Shown here in pieces: positions 1-9,740 of a DNA stretch of 49,384 bases (position 1 is the stretch's first letter; each line of letters begins with the position of its first letter). The translations under genes and the position numbers were made by a program. The stretch comes from Anaerolineales bacterium. Lineage in GTDB: Bacteria; Chloroflexota; Anaerolineae; E26-bin7. The notes under the pieces are model-generated. The model was not told the origin of the DNA. It was given only the letters and a program-made list of their open reading frames with translations, and made no database searches. Location of the stretch: assembly GCA_004377365.1 (NCBI GenBank), contig SOHZ01000288.1, positions 1 to 49,384 on the forward strand, read 5' to 3'.

Positions 1-950
1 GCCAGCAACAATGCCTGAGGGGCAAACAGGGACAAAAGGGCAAAAGGCCTCAGCAATTCATACAAGTAAACCAGGTTTTGTCTAGTCAAAAGGATCTCTG
101 AAGTAAACCTCGGTCTGGTGAGCAGGGAGATGGCTATTTGCAGGGGGTTATCCCCCAGATCTTCGTAGTAATTCAAGAAGGGAGAAGTCTCTTCGGGATG
201 AAAATGGGGGATGACGACGTAAACTGCCACATAGAACCAAATTGCCCCTGCCAGGATGGTGAGCAGGCCCTCTTTTCTGTTCCTTTGGATCAAGAAGATA
301 TACAGCCCCATCATCGCCACGATCAGCGAGATCTCCTCCTTGCAACTTGCGGCCAACAAAACGAAGAGGGCAAAGAGGCGGTAATTCCGCTTGTGCATGA
401 AATAGAAGGCACAGAGGAACAAGGTTGGGGTCAGAGAGACAGCATGGAAGTCGAACATATTGGCTGCCTCGAGGGGCGGGAATAGCAGGTAGGCGGCGGC
501 GAAGACAATGGCGGCCAAGTCGTTTCCTAGCTTTTCCCTTGCCAGCCAAAAGACCGGTAGAGCCCCCAGGGCAATGACCACGGCCTGGAAAACGAGGAGC
601 GTCCTGGGGTCACTGTAAAGCAAATACAACAGCGAGAGGGGGATCAGGATGGGCTCCACGTGCATGCCCAAGCGAACCCGGCCCATCTCAGGCTGGCCCG
701 TGAAGTGTAAGAGGCGGCCGTGAAGGGTGCTCCACAGGGCCTGGTCGTAGTTGCCCATGTCCAAGACATAGGGCTTGAAGCTCTCGTAGCGGGAGATAGA
801 CAAGGTGGCGAAGGTAAGAATGTAGAGGATGATGAGGAACCAAACTAGCGCCAAGGGTAGCTTCTGTAAGTGAGGACGCCGCAGCTTGCTGCGGATAGGA
901 CAGAGCGGCTTCTCTCGTTCGGATTGTGATGTACTGGGTCTGGTTCTCAT
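1..950 (-). CDS. DUF2079-family GT-C membrane glycosyltransferase (3' end outside window)
   Basis: Not in ORF track because it runs off the window. Manual translation from ATG 950 gives LDMGNYDQALWST...LGMHVEPILIPLS...FDFHAVSL...CKEE, a clear paralog of 3920..6361. The ATG overlaps the upstream stop (ATGA). Confidence 0.85.
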   Translation of the reverse strand, partial: MRTRPSTSQSEREKPLCPIRSKLRRPHLQKLPLALVWFLIILYILTFATLSISRYESFKPYVLDMGNYDQALWSTLHGRLLHFTGQPEMGRVRLGMHVEPILIPLSLLYLLYSDPRTLLVFQAVVIALGALPVFWLAREKLGNDLAAIVFAAAYLLFPPLEAANMFDFHAVSLTPTLFLCAFYFMHKRNYRLFALFVLLAASCKEEISLIVAMMGLYIFLIQRNRKEGLLTILAGAIWFYVAVYVVIPHFHPEETSPFLNYYEDLGDNPLQIAISLLTRPRFTSEILLTRQNLVYLYELLRPFALLSLFAPQALLL

Positions 951-3787
951 TTCACCATCACCTTTCCCAACAGTACCCTGTCCCCTTGCACCTGCCCCCC
1001 CTCATCGAGCACGGGAAGCCGCTGTCCTGTTTCACTTTCGTACATTCCCACCTCGATGACGCACTCCCCCGGCGGCGCATCGGACTGGACGACGATGTCG
1101 TATTCGTCCACGATGACCTCGCCCTCAACCCAGCTTGTCGTAGGGCAGGTGCCATCGCAGGGGATGTTGTCCTTCTGTCCCCAGATGCGATTCTCCCCAT
1201 CCAGCAAGTGGGTGAAGACGGTGTAGCTAGTAGCCATCTGCCTTTGGGTCTGCCAGTAGAGGGTCAGGTGCAGCGTCCCGCCAGGTTCAACCCCCGTTGC
1301 CGTCAGATCGTAGCCGAGAAAGAGCACGTCATCGCCTAAGCTTGCTGGCATAGGGTGCTGTATCCCCTCCGGGATGGCGAACCGTCGCTCGCTAGCCAAG
1401 ATATGCAGCGTGGCAAGTAGGAGGTTGTCCTCGACGAGGGCTTGCCCCGTGTCACTATCAACTAAGTTAATGGACAGCCCATACTCGCCTGTCGGAGCAG
1501 CAGCATTGAGGGGCAAATCATATTGGCCCCGGATTGTCTCTCCTTGCCCCCACTGACTTGTCGGGTAGGTGTCGTTGGCTGGCTGGATCACTCTCTGAGC
1601 TCCAATATATCCGTCTTCGTTCTGAATCTGGAGGAGGAGATTGTAATCACGTCCCATCTCCCTCAACGCTTGCCAGAAAAACGTGAGATGAACGGTATCA
1701 CCGGGCTTGACCCTGTCCCCAACCAGGTTATAGCCCAGCAGTCTTACCCCATCTCCCAGATCTCTCAAGAGCGGGTGCTGAATGGGGAGGTCATCAAGGA
1801 GGGGCTTGCTTGGCTTTGTCACGGTCACCTCCCCCAGGGTGTATGCGGTGCCCGCAGGAGCCTGATTCTCATCCAGGAAATTGAGCCTCTCACCTGTATC
1901 CTTCTGATAAAGGCCGATTCTCACTCTATAACGGCCCGGGGGGGTGCCAATGAGCATGGGCAAGTACAGTCCCTGTTCATAAATCTCACCGGCCGGCCAT
2001 TGGGACGTTTTGCGGTAAGAACAGTCCTCTAACTCCATGTCCAACTGTCCCCACAGATGGTTATCATTGTCCACCAGGTGTAGGAATACGGTGTAGTCTG
2101 TCTCCATCTCTTGTTGAGACTGCCAGTACAGGATGACCCCAAAGTCCTCTCCAGCCTCAACCATCTCCTTCTCGAAGCCATATCCTCTTAGGGTCAACTG
2201 ATAACCAAAGTTCGAGTTCAGCGGCGTAACGGGGTTGAGGTCCTCGGCGTGATACACCTGAAATAGCTGACCACTCCGGTTAAAGCCGCGCACAAGGTGG
2301 AAATGGGTATGAACATAGTGACGAAAATCCCCGTAATCTCGTAATCTAAGCAGTTGATGGGGTGGGGGGATCCCCCCCCAGGTATGGAGGAGTATCATCC
2401 TCACTCCTTTATCCTCGATCTCCTTTGTGAGCTTTTGCCCTGTGATTTGTCCGCTGGCAGTCGCCCCGCTAGATATGTAAGCTCCTAAATGTGTGGTTCT
2501 GCGCTGTGCACAGAAACTCAAACCCGGATAATCGGAGAGGATATAATCATCTGGCTGGGTATGAGCCTGGATGTAATCTGCCAGTCGCCACGTGTCTTTC
2601 TCTGGCAATCTCGATTCGGCTAAGGCACGGTCCTTCTGCAAGAAGGGGATGGCTATCACTGCAGTCAGCAGAAGGCTCAGAGCCCACTTGATTCTGTTGT
2701 CCCTGAGGGGAGATAGGCCCAGGTGCGTTTCGATGCTTGGGGATGCCAGGATAAGCAAAAGCGATTCCAGGGAGGAAGTGAAGAGAATGCAAAGCACAGG
2801 CACTAAATATGCCAGGTGGCGATGCTCCAAAGATCTGGAGAGGAAAAGGAAGATCAGGCCAGTTGGCAACTGCCAGACGAAGATAGTCGTCAGTCTATCT
2901 CTTCGCACAAAACTTCTTACTATGGCCGGAACCGTAAGCAGGAGGAACAAGGGATACTTCAGAAAATAGGTCCAATAGAACTGGAGCCCTTTTCTAAAAA
3001 CCTGCCAGCGAGTGAGCTCTGCCCCTTGCATGAGGTGATGCCCTAACACGGCCTCATAAAGGTGGGGCGTTAGAAGATAGAAGACGGCGAATACCATACC
3101 CACAAGGGCAGCATAGGCAACTGTCAGCGCCAGGGCATTTTTCAACGTTTGTTTCCATTTAGCTCTTGTTCTAAGCCCTTCATGCGACATAAATAACAGG
3201 CAGCCGACCAAGGGCAGAAACCCGAAGAGCTTGCACAAGGTCGCCAAAGCGAACAGTGCTCCCGAAGCCGAAAATCCCCACCACCGATTTTTGAGATTTG
3301 CCAGGACAAAGACATAAATACCCATTACAGCGAAGAGCAACATATACGCTTCGGGAAGAAAGAGCCGGCCTAGCCAATAGATGTGTGGGTGCATCACGAA
3401 GACTAACATGCTCAACAACCCCACCCTGTGATTAAAGACTCTTTTAGCCGTGAGATAAATGAAGAACGAGGTCAGGAACACCGCTAAAGAGGTAAAAGCT
3501 CGCATTACAAACACCGACGGTCCAAAGATCTTACACAACGTAGCTCCCAGGTATAGAAACAGCGGCAACTGAGGGCTAAGAAAATCCCTGTAAGGGAACT
3601 CTCCCTCACTGATGCGCCAGATAGCATATAGATAAGAACCCTCGTCGTCATGCATTAACCACCCGTCTATATCCTCAAGGTAGAAGGAAAGGCCGAGGAT
3701 GATGATAATGATAGGAATGATGTTATATCTGATCAGCAAATCCCTGAAGTCAACACTTCTTTTAGACATTTTGATGCTCGGATCCAC
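947..3787 (-). CDS. ArnT/PMT-like (GT39/GT83) GT-C glycosyltransferase with 3 C-terminal extracellular beta-domains
   Basis: 946 aa; first-loop acidic motif HDDEGSY, many TM helices, then three LxGYxL...LYWQ...YTVFxHL...PPGxY repeats. Confidence 0.8.
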   Translation of the reverse strand: MDPSIKMSKRSVDFRDLLIRYNIIPIIIIILGLSFYLEDIDGWLMHDDEGSYLYAIWRISEGEFPYRDFLSPQLPLFLYLGATLCKIFGPSVFVMRAFTSLAVFLTSFFIYLTAKRVFNHRVGLLSMLVFVMHPHIYWLGRLFLPEAYMLLFAVMGIYVFVLANLKNRWWGFSASGALFALATLCKLFGFLPLVGCLLFMSHEGLRTRAKWKQTLKNALALTVAYAALVGMVFAVFYLLTPHLYEAVLGHHLMQGAELTRWQVFRKGLQFYWTYFLKYPLFLLLTVPAIVRSFVRRDRLTTIFVWQLPTGLIFLFLSRSLEHRHLAYLVPVLCILFTSSLESLLLILASPSIETHLGLSPLRDNRIKWALSLLLTAVIAIPFLQKDRALAESRLPEKDTWRLADYIQAHTQPDDYILSDYPGLSFCAQRRTTHLGAYISSGATASGQITGQKLTKEIEDKGVRMILLHTWGGIPPPHQLLRLRDYGDFRHYVHTHFHLVRGFNRSGQLFQVYHAEDLNPVTPLNSNFGYQLTLRGYGFEKEMVEAGEDFGVILYWQSQQEMETDYTVFLHLVDNDNHLWGQLDMELEDCSYRKTSQWPAGEIYEQGLYLPMLIGTPPGRYRVRIGLYQKDTGERLNFLDENQAPAGTAYTLGEVTVTKPSKPLLDDLPIQHPLLRDLGDGVRLLGYNLVGDRVKPGDTVHLTFFWQALREMGRDYNLLLQIQNEDGYIGAQRVIQPANDTYPTSQWGQGETIRGQYDLPLNAAAPTGEYGLSINLVDSDTGQALVEDNLLLATLHILASERRFAIPEGIQHPMPASLGDDVLFLGYDLTATGVEPGGTLHLTLYWQTQRQMATSYTVFTHLLDGENRIWGQKDNIPCDGTCPTTSWVEGEVIVDEYDIVVQSDAPPGECVIEVGMYESETGQRLPVLDEGGQVQGDRVLLGKVMVK

Positions 3788-3919
3788 CTTATTTGGACCG
3801 ACTCGTCCAGCAGAATACGGTTATCTACGACTGCAACACCTATTTTACCACACTTACCTTGTTCAATAAAACTCTGTCTTCCTGCGCTACGCCTCCATTG
3901 CCCCCACTTTGCCTGGCAT
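3788..3919 (-). pseudogene. Two stacked 3'-end remnants of GT-C genes
   Basis: Reads GGVAQEDRVLLNKVSVVK* (cf. GDVAQEDRILLNEAVVVK* ending 6385..9246), then VVDNRILLDESVQIR. Confidence 0.7.
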
Positions 3920-6361
3920 CTACTCCTTCCTCCTGGGTATCTGAGCCTTACACAGTACTATCCTGTTCCCTTCCACGTCTCCACCTTCATCCTGCACTTT
4001 CAGCCTCTCTCCCGTGTAAACATTATACATACCGATTTCGATGACATACTCGCCGGGGGGAGCGCCAGCCCGTATCGATACTTTGTATTCGTCGGCTATG
4101 ACCTCCCCCTCCAGCCAACTGGTCGTTGGGAGGAGACCACCTCCGGGCACGCTGTCCCATTGTCCTCCCATTATCCCATCCTTGTTCAGCAAGTGGACAA
4201 AGACTGTGTAGGACTCGTCTATCCTGGTCATAGCCTGCCAGTACAGGGTCAGGTGCAAAGTCTCACCACGTTTGTAGGGTGGGGGAGAGAGGTCGTATCC
4301 CAGAAACCGCACCTGATCTCCCAGGATGGCCTCCATAGGGTGCTCGATCTCTGGCACGGTGAAGCGCCGCTCTTGCAGCATGGGCTTGGCTCCTGCCCAG
4401 GTTTTGCGGAAGGTTATCAGTTGCAACAGGGTACCATCAGCAGGCAGCGGCGTGAGCAATTCGGATTCGATGACCTTTGGCCTCAACCGGCGGCCCACGT
4501 CCCAGGTGTCGTTTCCATCCAGGATTCCCAGGGCAACGCTGTATTGCTCCCTGTCACCTGTCCACCAAGATAGGGTATCCGCTCTGATCTTCACCACTTC
4601 GCCTGGCTGCCAACGGTCTGTGGGATACCAGATTGTTGCCGCTTGCAGTTCGACGGTGCTGCCCACAACCTGACCAGCCTCGTCAACCAGGTACAGGGCG
4701 ATGAAGTAGTTGCGGTCCAACGGGTGCCAGGTTCGGAAGTAAAGGTTGTAATGCGGTTCTTCATCGCGCTTGTGGATGACATCGAATCCCAGGAACTCGA
4801 TGTGAGAGTCAAAGTCGGCCAGCAGAGGGTACTGGATCTCGGGGTCTTTGACCCTGACGAAGGTATAAAATGAATCGGGTGGGCGAGAATCAGAAGCGCC
4901 GCGCTGCAACAGGAGATACCCGTCTCGGGCAGCGACGACACCGAAAGGTCCGTTTTCCAGCAACTGTTCCTTAACCCAGGTATTTATATCATCCTTGTTG
5001 CCCAACGAGGCTGCGTCGAGGAAGATGTACTCAGCTTGGTCAATATGGGGAAAGATATAGAGCTTCTCCCGATGGCTGACGTGAGGGTTCAAGTTGAGTT
5101 GGGCTGAGACGCTGGCCGTTGGTGGGATCCGGTCAATCAACTCCTGAGCCAGGCGGTGATGTGCAGTGGCTACAGGCCATCTGAATCGTACGGATAAAGG
5201 CGAGAACCCCCGATAGCGATGATAGCCCAGGCTGCAAACCAAAACCAAACAAGAGAGGAGATAGGACAACGATCTGCTCCCCCCTGGCATTCGTCTCCCC
5301 AGGTGTCTAACCAGGAACCCTGCTCCCCAAATAGCAGCCAGGACGGCGAAAGGGACGATGGGCCCTGCGTAGTGAAACATCTCTGGGCGGTGCATCTGCA
5401 TGTTGCCGCTCAGCAGGTTGATGGCCAGTGAGGGGAGGGCAATAAGCAGAATAGGCGGGTAAAATAGGGGCAGAAAGGCCAGGGGAAGAAGCAACCTGAA
5501 TAGATAGTCCAAGTTACCCTTGTTGAAGATGAGCCACCAGGCTCGTTGCCCGATCATGGTCAAGGCTATCTCGAAGGGATTGTCGCCCCAATCTTCGTAG
5601 TAGGCGAGGTACTGGGATTTGCCCTGGGGGTTGGCCCAGGGGATGACGATGTAGACTGCCACGTAGAACCAGATCGCCGCCACGACGATCATGGCCGCCC
5701 CAAGCTTCTTCCTCTTGCGCATCAGGAGAGTATACAAGCCCATCATCCCTATCAGGAGCGACATCTCTTCTTTGCAGCTCATGGCCAATACAGAGAAGAC
5801 GATGAACCACGGATCCTTCTCCTTCTCCAGGAAGTAAAAGGCCCAGAGCAAAAAGGTGGGAGCCAGGGATACGGCATGAAAGTCGTACAAGTTGGCTGCC
5901 TCGAGGGCTGGAAAGAGCAAATACGCCGCTGCGAAAACGATCCCCCCGAACTCGCTTCGTAACTTCTCCCGCGCCAACAGGTAGACCGGCCAGGCTCCTA
6001 GAGCAACGACCACCGTCTGGAGGACGAGCAGCGTCTTGGGGCTGCTGTAGATCAAGTAAAACAGCGAAACTGGCAGGAGGATGGGTTCCACGTGCTGGGC
6101 CAACCGGATGGTCAGGCCCTTCACGTTGGTGAAACGGAGGAGACGACTATGGCTAGTGTTCCAGACGGCCTGATCGTAGTTGCCTAGATCGTAGGCCAAG
6201 GTCTCAAAGGCTTCGTGCCGGGCCGCCGTTAGAGCGGAGAAGACAGCGATGTAGAGGACGATGAGGAGCCCCATTATGCCCAGAGCTAACCAACTTTGGG
6301 AATGGGGTTGCGTGATTTGTGATGTGTGATTCGTGATTCGTGAAGTTGACTCCTGACCCAC
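3920..6361 (-). CDS. DUF2079-family GT-C glycosyltransferase with 2 C-terminal beta-domains
   Basis: 813 aa; DLGNYDQAVWN, HVEPILLP, DFHAVSLA, CKEE motifs. Confidence 0.85.
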   Translation of the reverse strand: MGQESTSRITNHTSQITQPHSQSWLALGIMGLLIVLYIAVFSALTAARHEAFETLAYDLGNYDQAVWNTSHSRLLRFTNVKGLTIRLAQHVEPILLPVSLFYLIYSSPKTLLVLQTVVVALGAWPVYLLAREKLRSEFGGIVFAAAYLLFPALEAANLYDFHAVSLAPTFLLWAFYFLEKEKDPWFIVFSVLAMSCKEEMSLLIGMMGLYTLLMRKRKKLGAAMIVVAAIWFYVAVYIVIPWANPQGKSQYLAYYEDWGDNPFEIALTMIGQRAWWLIFNKGNLDYLFRLLLPLAFLPLFYPPILLIALPSLAINLLSGNMQMHRPEMFHYAGPIVPFAVLAAIWGAGFLVRHLGRRMPGGSRSLSYLLSCLVLVCSLGYHRYRGFSPLSVRFRWPVATAHHRLAQELIDRIPPTASVSAQLNLNPHVSHREKLYIFPHIDQAEYIFLDAASLGNKDDINTWVKEQLLENGPFGVVAARDGYLLLQRGASDSRPPDSFYTFVRVKDPEIQYPLLADFDSHIEFLGFDVIHKRDEEPHYNLYFRTWHPLDRNYFIALYLVDEAGQVVGSTVELQAATIWYPTDRWQPGEVVKIRADTLSWWTGDREQYSVALGILDGNDTWDVGRRLRPKVIESELLTPLPADGTLLQLITFRKTWAGAKPMLQERRFTVPEIEHPMEAILGDQVRFLGYDLSPPPYKRGETLHLTLYWQAMTRIDESYTVFVHLLNKDGIMGGQWDSVPGGGLLPTTSWLEGEVIADEYKVSIRAGAPPGEYVIEIGMYNVYTGERLKVQDEGGDVEGNRIVLCKAQIPRRKE

Positions 6362-6384
6362 TGACCTCTCCTCCTTTGCAGCAC

Positions 6385-9246
6385 CTATTTTACCACAACT
6401 GCTTCGTTCAATAAAATCCTATCCTCCTGCGCCACGTCTCCAGGGACAGGCTCTTCGGCTTTCCCTTCGACTTCGCTCAGGGCGGGGCTCAGGACAGGCA
6501 AACGCTGGCCAGTCTGCGCGTCGTACAGGCCGACCTCGATAAGGTATTCGCCCGGCGGCGCATCGGTCTTGACGGTGAACTCGTACTCGTCGGCGATAAC
6601 CTCTCCCTCGACCCACCTCGTGGTCGGCAGGGTGCCGTTACCAGGTACGCTGTCGCGCTGTCCCCAGATCCGATTCTCTTTGTCCAACAGATGCACAAAG
6701 ACAGTGTAAGACACTTCCATCTCATCCAAGGCCCGCCAATATAAGGTCAGGTGCATCGCTTCACCGGCTCGCACCTCATCAGGGGTCAGGTCGTAACCCA
6801 AGAACTCTACCTGATCGCCCAGGTTGGCCGAGAGCTGGTGCTGGATCTGCAGGACCTGGAAAACCCTGCTCCGGCCCTCGATGGTCAGCGAGGGGAGAGC
6901 GATCTCACAGACCAGGCTTTCCGTAGCCGTGTCTACCAGGCCCACTGTCAACTGATACTGGCCGGCTGGCGTCTCTGCAGAGAGAGGCAGTTCATAACGA
7001 TCTCGCAGGACCTCGCCCTCTTGCCAAAGAGTGGTGGGATAAGTGCTGGCCACAGGCCGCTCCTTCACCTGACCCCATACCTGGCCAGCCTGATCCCTCA
7101 CACGGATGAGGACGAAATAGTCTTCCTGCACGTCGGCCAGAGCCTGCCAGTACAAGTCCAGGGATACGGCAGCCCCAGGTGTTACGGTTTCACTGGCCAA
7201 GTCATACCCCAGCAGCCTGACCTCTCCCCAGCCCGCTGTAAGCTCGTGTTGGATGCCCAGGGAGGCAACAGACGGCGGTGACAGGGGGCGACTGACCTCT
7301 ATCTTACCTAGCTGAACGGCCGTCCCCTGGGGCGTGCCGTTGGCGTCAAGGACGTCGAGCCTGGCCAGGCTTTCAGGCTCGTAGACGGCTACTTCTACGG
7401 TGTATTGGCCCGGCGGGGTGCCGTCGGGCACCAGCGGGTCATAGACATTGATCACCACCTCATCCAACCACCAACTAGGAGTATACAGATGCCGGTCGTT
7501 GATCAATTGCCGGTCGTCCTGTCCGATGAGATGACCACGATTATCTTTCAGGAACAGGGCAACTTTGTAGTTTCGGTCCACCTCTTGCTGCAATTGCCAC
7601 TGCAGAACGGCCCACATTTTTTTCCCTGCTGGTACGACCCTTGCCTCCACTTCTGCTTCGTTGCTGGTAGCTCCTGCTCCTCGCCCACCATAAGCATAGC
7701 CCACCAGCGAAATCTGGTCGGCAAAGTCCACGTCAATGGGGTTGACTTCCGAGGTCAAAGAAAAAGTCCCGTGGGGTGGCAGTTGATACCAGAGCACCTC
7801 GTAGCCACGAAAGCTCGCCTGGCCCAGGGGCTGGCCGTACTTGTCTAGCAGGAACAGGACCGCACCACGGGGGTCGGTATCGGATTTGTGCCAGCGGATC
7901 CAAAAGACCCGCTCCCGCCCCTGGCACAGCGTGGTCAGTCGCTGGGCCACCGTGTGGATGTCAACGAAAAGGTAGTGGGCTGGCGCCAGACCGTGGTAGT
8001 AATAATCGAAAGGATAGGGCACGTCAATCAGGATGACATCGTTCTTCCCGGCCTGGCTCTCGATGAAATGGGCCAGACCGCGCGTGTCGTCGCCGAAACC
8101 GGCCGGATCGAAATAATCGGCCTGGATAGCGGGAACAAAAGCGGCGAGGAGAAAGATGGCAGACAGCAGCCCAACCACTGGCACCCGCTTCCAGATCTGC
8201 CCGACGGCATAGGCCAGTAGCAGATAGTAGGGTGGGGTAGCCAACATGATGTAGCGGGGGTGGAAGAAGGGCCTGTCGCGCAAAACATAGAAGTACAGGA
8301 GGATAGGCAACGCCAGCCACAGGCACAGCCATATCATTTGAGATTTGAGAGAGGCCAATCCGATGACCAGGCCCAGGACCAGGATGAGGGCTATGCCAGC
8401 CAGGAAGGGAGTGGCTTGGATTAGTTCAGCGGCTGGTCCCAGGCTGAAGCCTTGCCAGACTTCCAGCAGAAAAGAAGGCAGGTCCGGCACCCCCATGGTG
8501 GGGTTCTCATAAGCCACGTACTGTCGCAAAGTGATGCGCATCTGAGGAACGTATAGCAGGGCTATGCCTAGCTGGCTGAGCACCCAACCTCGCAGAATTT
8601 TCAGCCACTTTCCCTGCCGCCAGACTGTGACAAGAACCATCAACCCCAGGAAGGCGTTTTCGGCAATCAGGATAAAGCCAGCCGAGTAGTGGGTGTAGAT
8701 GCTCAGAGCCGACGTCAGCACGTAGCCAATCCACAAGAGCCAGCCACCTTTTCGCCAGGCCCGGTAGAGGAAGTAAGCCGAGGCCGTGGTCAGAAAGATA
8801 GCCATGGTGTACATCCTGGTCTCCTGGGCCTCAGAAACGTAGAAGGGAGCAAAGGCAGCCACAGTAGCCGCCAGCAAGCTGAAGGGGTGATTTGGGATTT
8901 GAGGTTTGAGATTCGTCCCCATTGCCGCACTGAAACGATAGAACAGGGGGATGGTCAGCAGGGAGAAAAAGATGGACAGGAACCTCACGGCGAACTCGCT
9001 GCGCCCGGCTCCCAGCATCCAGAGGTGTAGGGTATAGAAGTACAGGGGAGGGTGGATGTCCATCTCCTTGGCCGTGGCGATGACAGCCAGGCTGCGGCCG
9101 GCCACGTCAATGTTGCGTCCCTCGTCCCACCAGATGTCCTGGGAATCGAGGCGATAGAGACGCAAAGCAAAGGCGCACAACAGTACGAGAAAGATTATCA
9201 CTAGATTCCGGTGGCGTGACATAGGAAATTTACCCATGCTGATCAA
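6385..9246 (-). CDS. GT39/ArnT-like GT-C glycosyltransferase with 3 C-terminal beta-domains
   Basis: 953 aa; LRLYRL..IWWDEG, DIHPPLYF, SEAQETRMY, YTHY motifs; true start probably a few codons downstream. Confidence 0.85.
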   Translation of the reverse strand: MISMGKFPMSRHRNLVIIFLVLLCAFALRLYRLDSQDIWWDEGRNIDVAGRSLAVIATAKEMDIHPPLYFYTLHLWMLGAGRSEFAVRFLSIFFSLLTIPLFYRFSAAMGTNLKPQIPNHPFSLLAATVAAFAPFYVSEAQETRMYTMAIFLTTASAYFLYRAWRKGGWLLWIGYVLTSALSIYTHYSAGFILIAENAFLGLMVLVTVWRQGKWLKILRGWVLSQLGIALLYVPQMRITLRQYVAYENPTMGVPDLPSFLLEVWQGFSLGPAAELIQATPFLAGIALILVLGLVIGLASLKSQMIWLCLWLALPILLYFYVLRDRPFFHPRYIMLATPPYYLLLAYAVGQIWKRVPVVGLLSAIFLLAAFVPAIQADYFDPAGFGDDTRGLAHFIESQAGKNDVILIDVPYPFDYYYHGLAPAHYLFVDIHTVAQRLTTLCQGRERVFWIRWHKSDTDPRGAVLFLLDKYGQPLGQASFRGYEVLWYQLPPHGTFSLTSEVNPIDVDFADQISLVGYAYGGRGAGATSNEAEVEARVVPAGKKMWAVLQWQLQQEVDRNYKVALFLKDNRGHLIGQDDRQLINDRHLYTPSWWLDEVVINVYDPLVPDGTPPGQYTVEVAVYEPESLARLDVLDANGTPQGTAVQLGKIEVSRPLSPPSVASLGIQHELTAGWGEVRLLGYDLASETVTPGAAVSLDLYWQALADVQEDYFVLIRVRDQAGQVWGQVKERPVASTYPTTLWQEGEVLRDRYELPLSAETPAGQYQLTVGLVDTATESLVCEIALPSLTIEGRSRVFQVLQIQHQLSANLGDQVEFLGYDLTPDEVRAGEAMHLTLYWRALDEMEVSYTVFVHLLDKENRIWGQRDSVPGNGTLPTTRWVEGEVIADEYEFTVKTDAPPGEYLIEVGLYDAQTGQRLPVLSPALSEVEGKAEEPVPGDVAQEDRILLNEAVVVK
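6451..6498. repeat. Nested REP-like element (24 bp inside 24 bp), in frame in CDS
   Basis: CTCTTCGGCTTT[CCCTTCGACTTCGCTCAGGGCGGG]GCTCAGGACAGG; encodes PVLSPALSEVEGKAEE. Confidence 0.8.
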
Positions 9247-9269
9247 CTGCTAGAGACCTGAGCAGGAGT

Positions 9270-9298
9270 TTGACACGAATCGCAATTTGGCTTATACT
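9270..9298 (+). promoter_or_regulatory. sigma70-type promoter of the Phd/DUF5678-protease pair
   Basis: TTGACA-17 nt-TATACT, followed by GAGGTG RBS before GTG 9318. Confidence 0.8.
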
Positions 9299-9317
9299 GT
9301 TCATGAGGTGACAGATT

Positions 9318-9740
9318 GTGACCAAAACGATAAGTCTTAAAGAAACCCGCACAACCTATTCCCTTTCCCTCGATGAGACTCAACTTGGCCAAGAGCCTGT
9401 CATCATCGAGCGAGAGGGCCAACCGTTGGCGGCCATTATTCCCATTGAGAAATACCGAGAATTCGTCGCTTGGCAGGAGAGTCGCACCGAAAGACATCGG
9501 CAACTCTCCGCTCTGCAAAAGGAGAGAGAGGCTTTCCACCAACTACGGGATCAACTTTTGAAGACCCACAGAGGTCAATTCGTCGCCGTTCTAGACGGTC
9601 AGGTCGTTGACTCGGATGCAGATAATTGCGAATTGGCTCGGAGGGTCTATAACAAATTTGGCTACGTGCCCATCTACATCCAGATGGTCGAGGAAAAACC
9701 AACGGTGTATGAGATCCCCTCCCCTGAGGTGGTAAGCTGA
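9318..9740 (+). CDS. Phd/YefM-like N-terminal domain fused to DUF5678-like domain
   Basis: EPVIIEREGQPLAAIIPIEKY (Phd-like) + LLKTHRGQFVAVLDGQVVDSDAD (DUF5678-like). Confidence 0.65.
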   Translation: MTKTISLKETRTTYSLSLDETQLGQEPVIIEREGQPLAAIIPIEKYREFVAWQESRTERHRQLSALQKEREAFHQLRDQLLKTHRGQFVAVLDGQVVDSDADNCELARRVYNKFGYVPIYIQMVEEKPTVYEIPSPEVVS

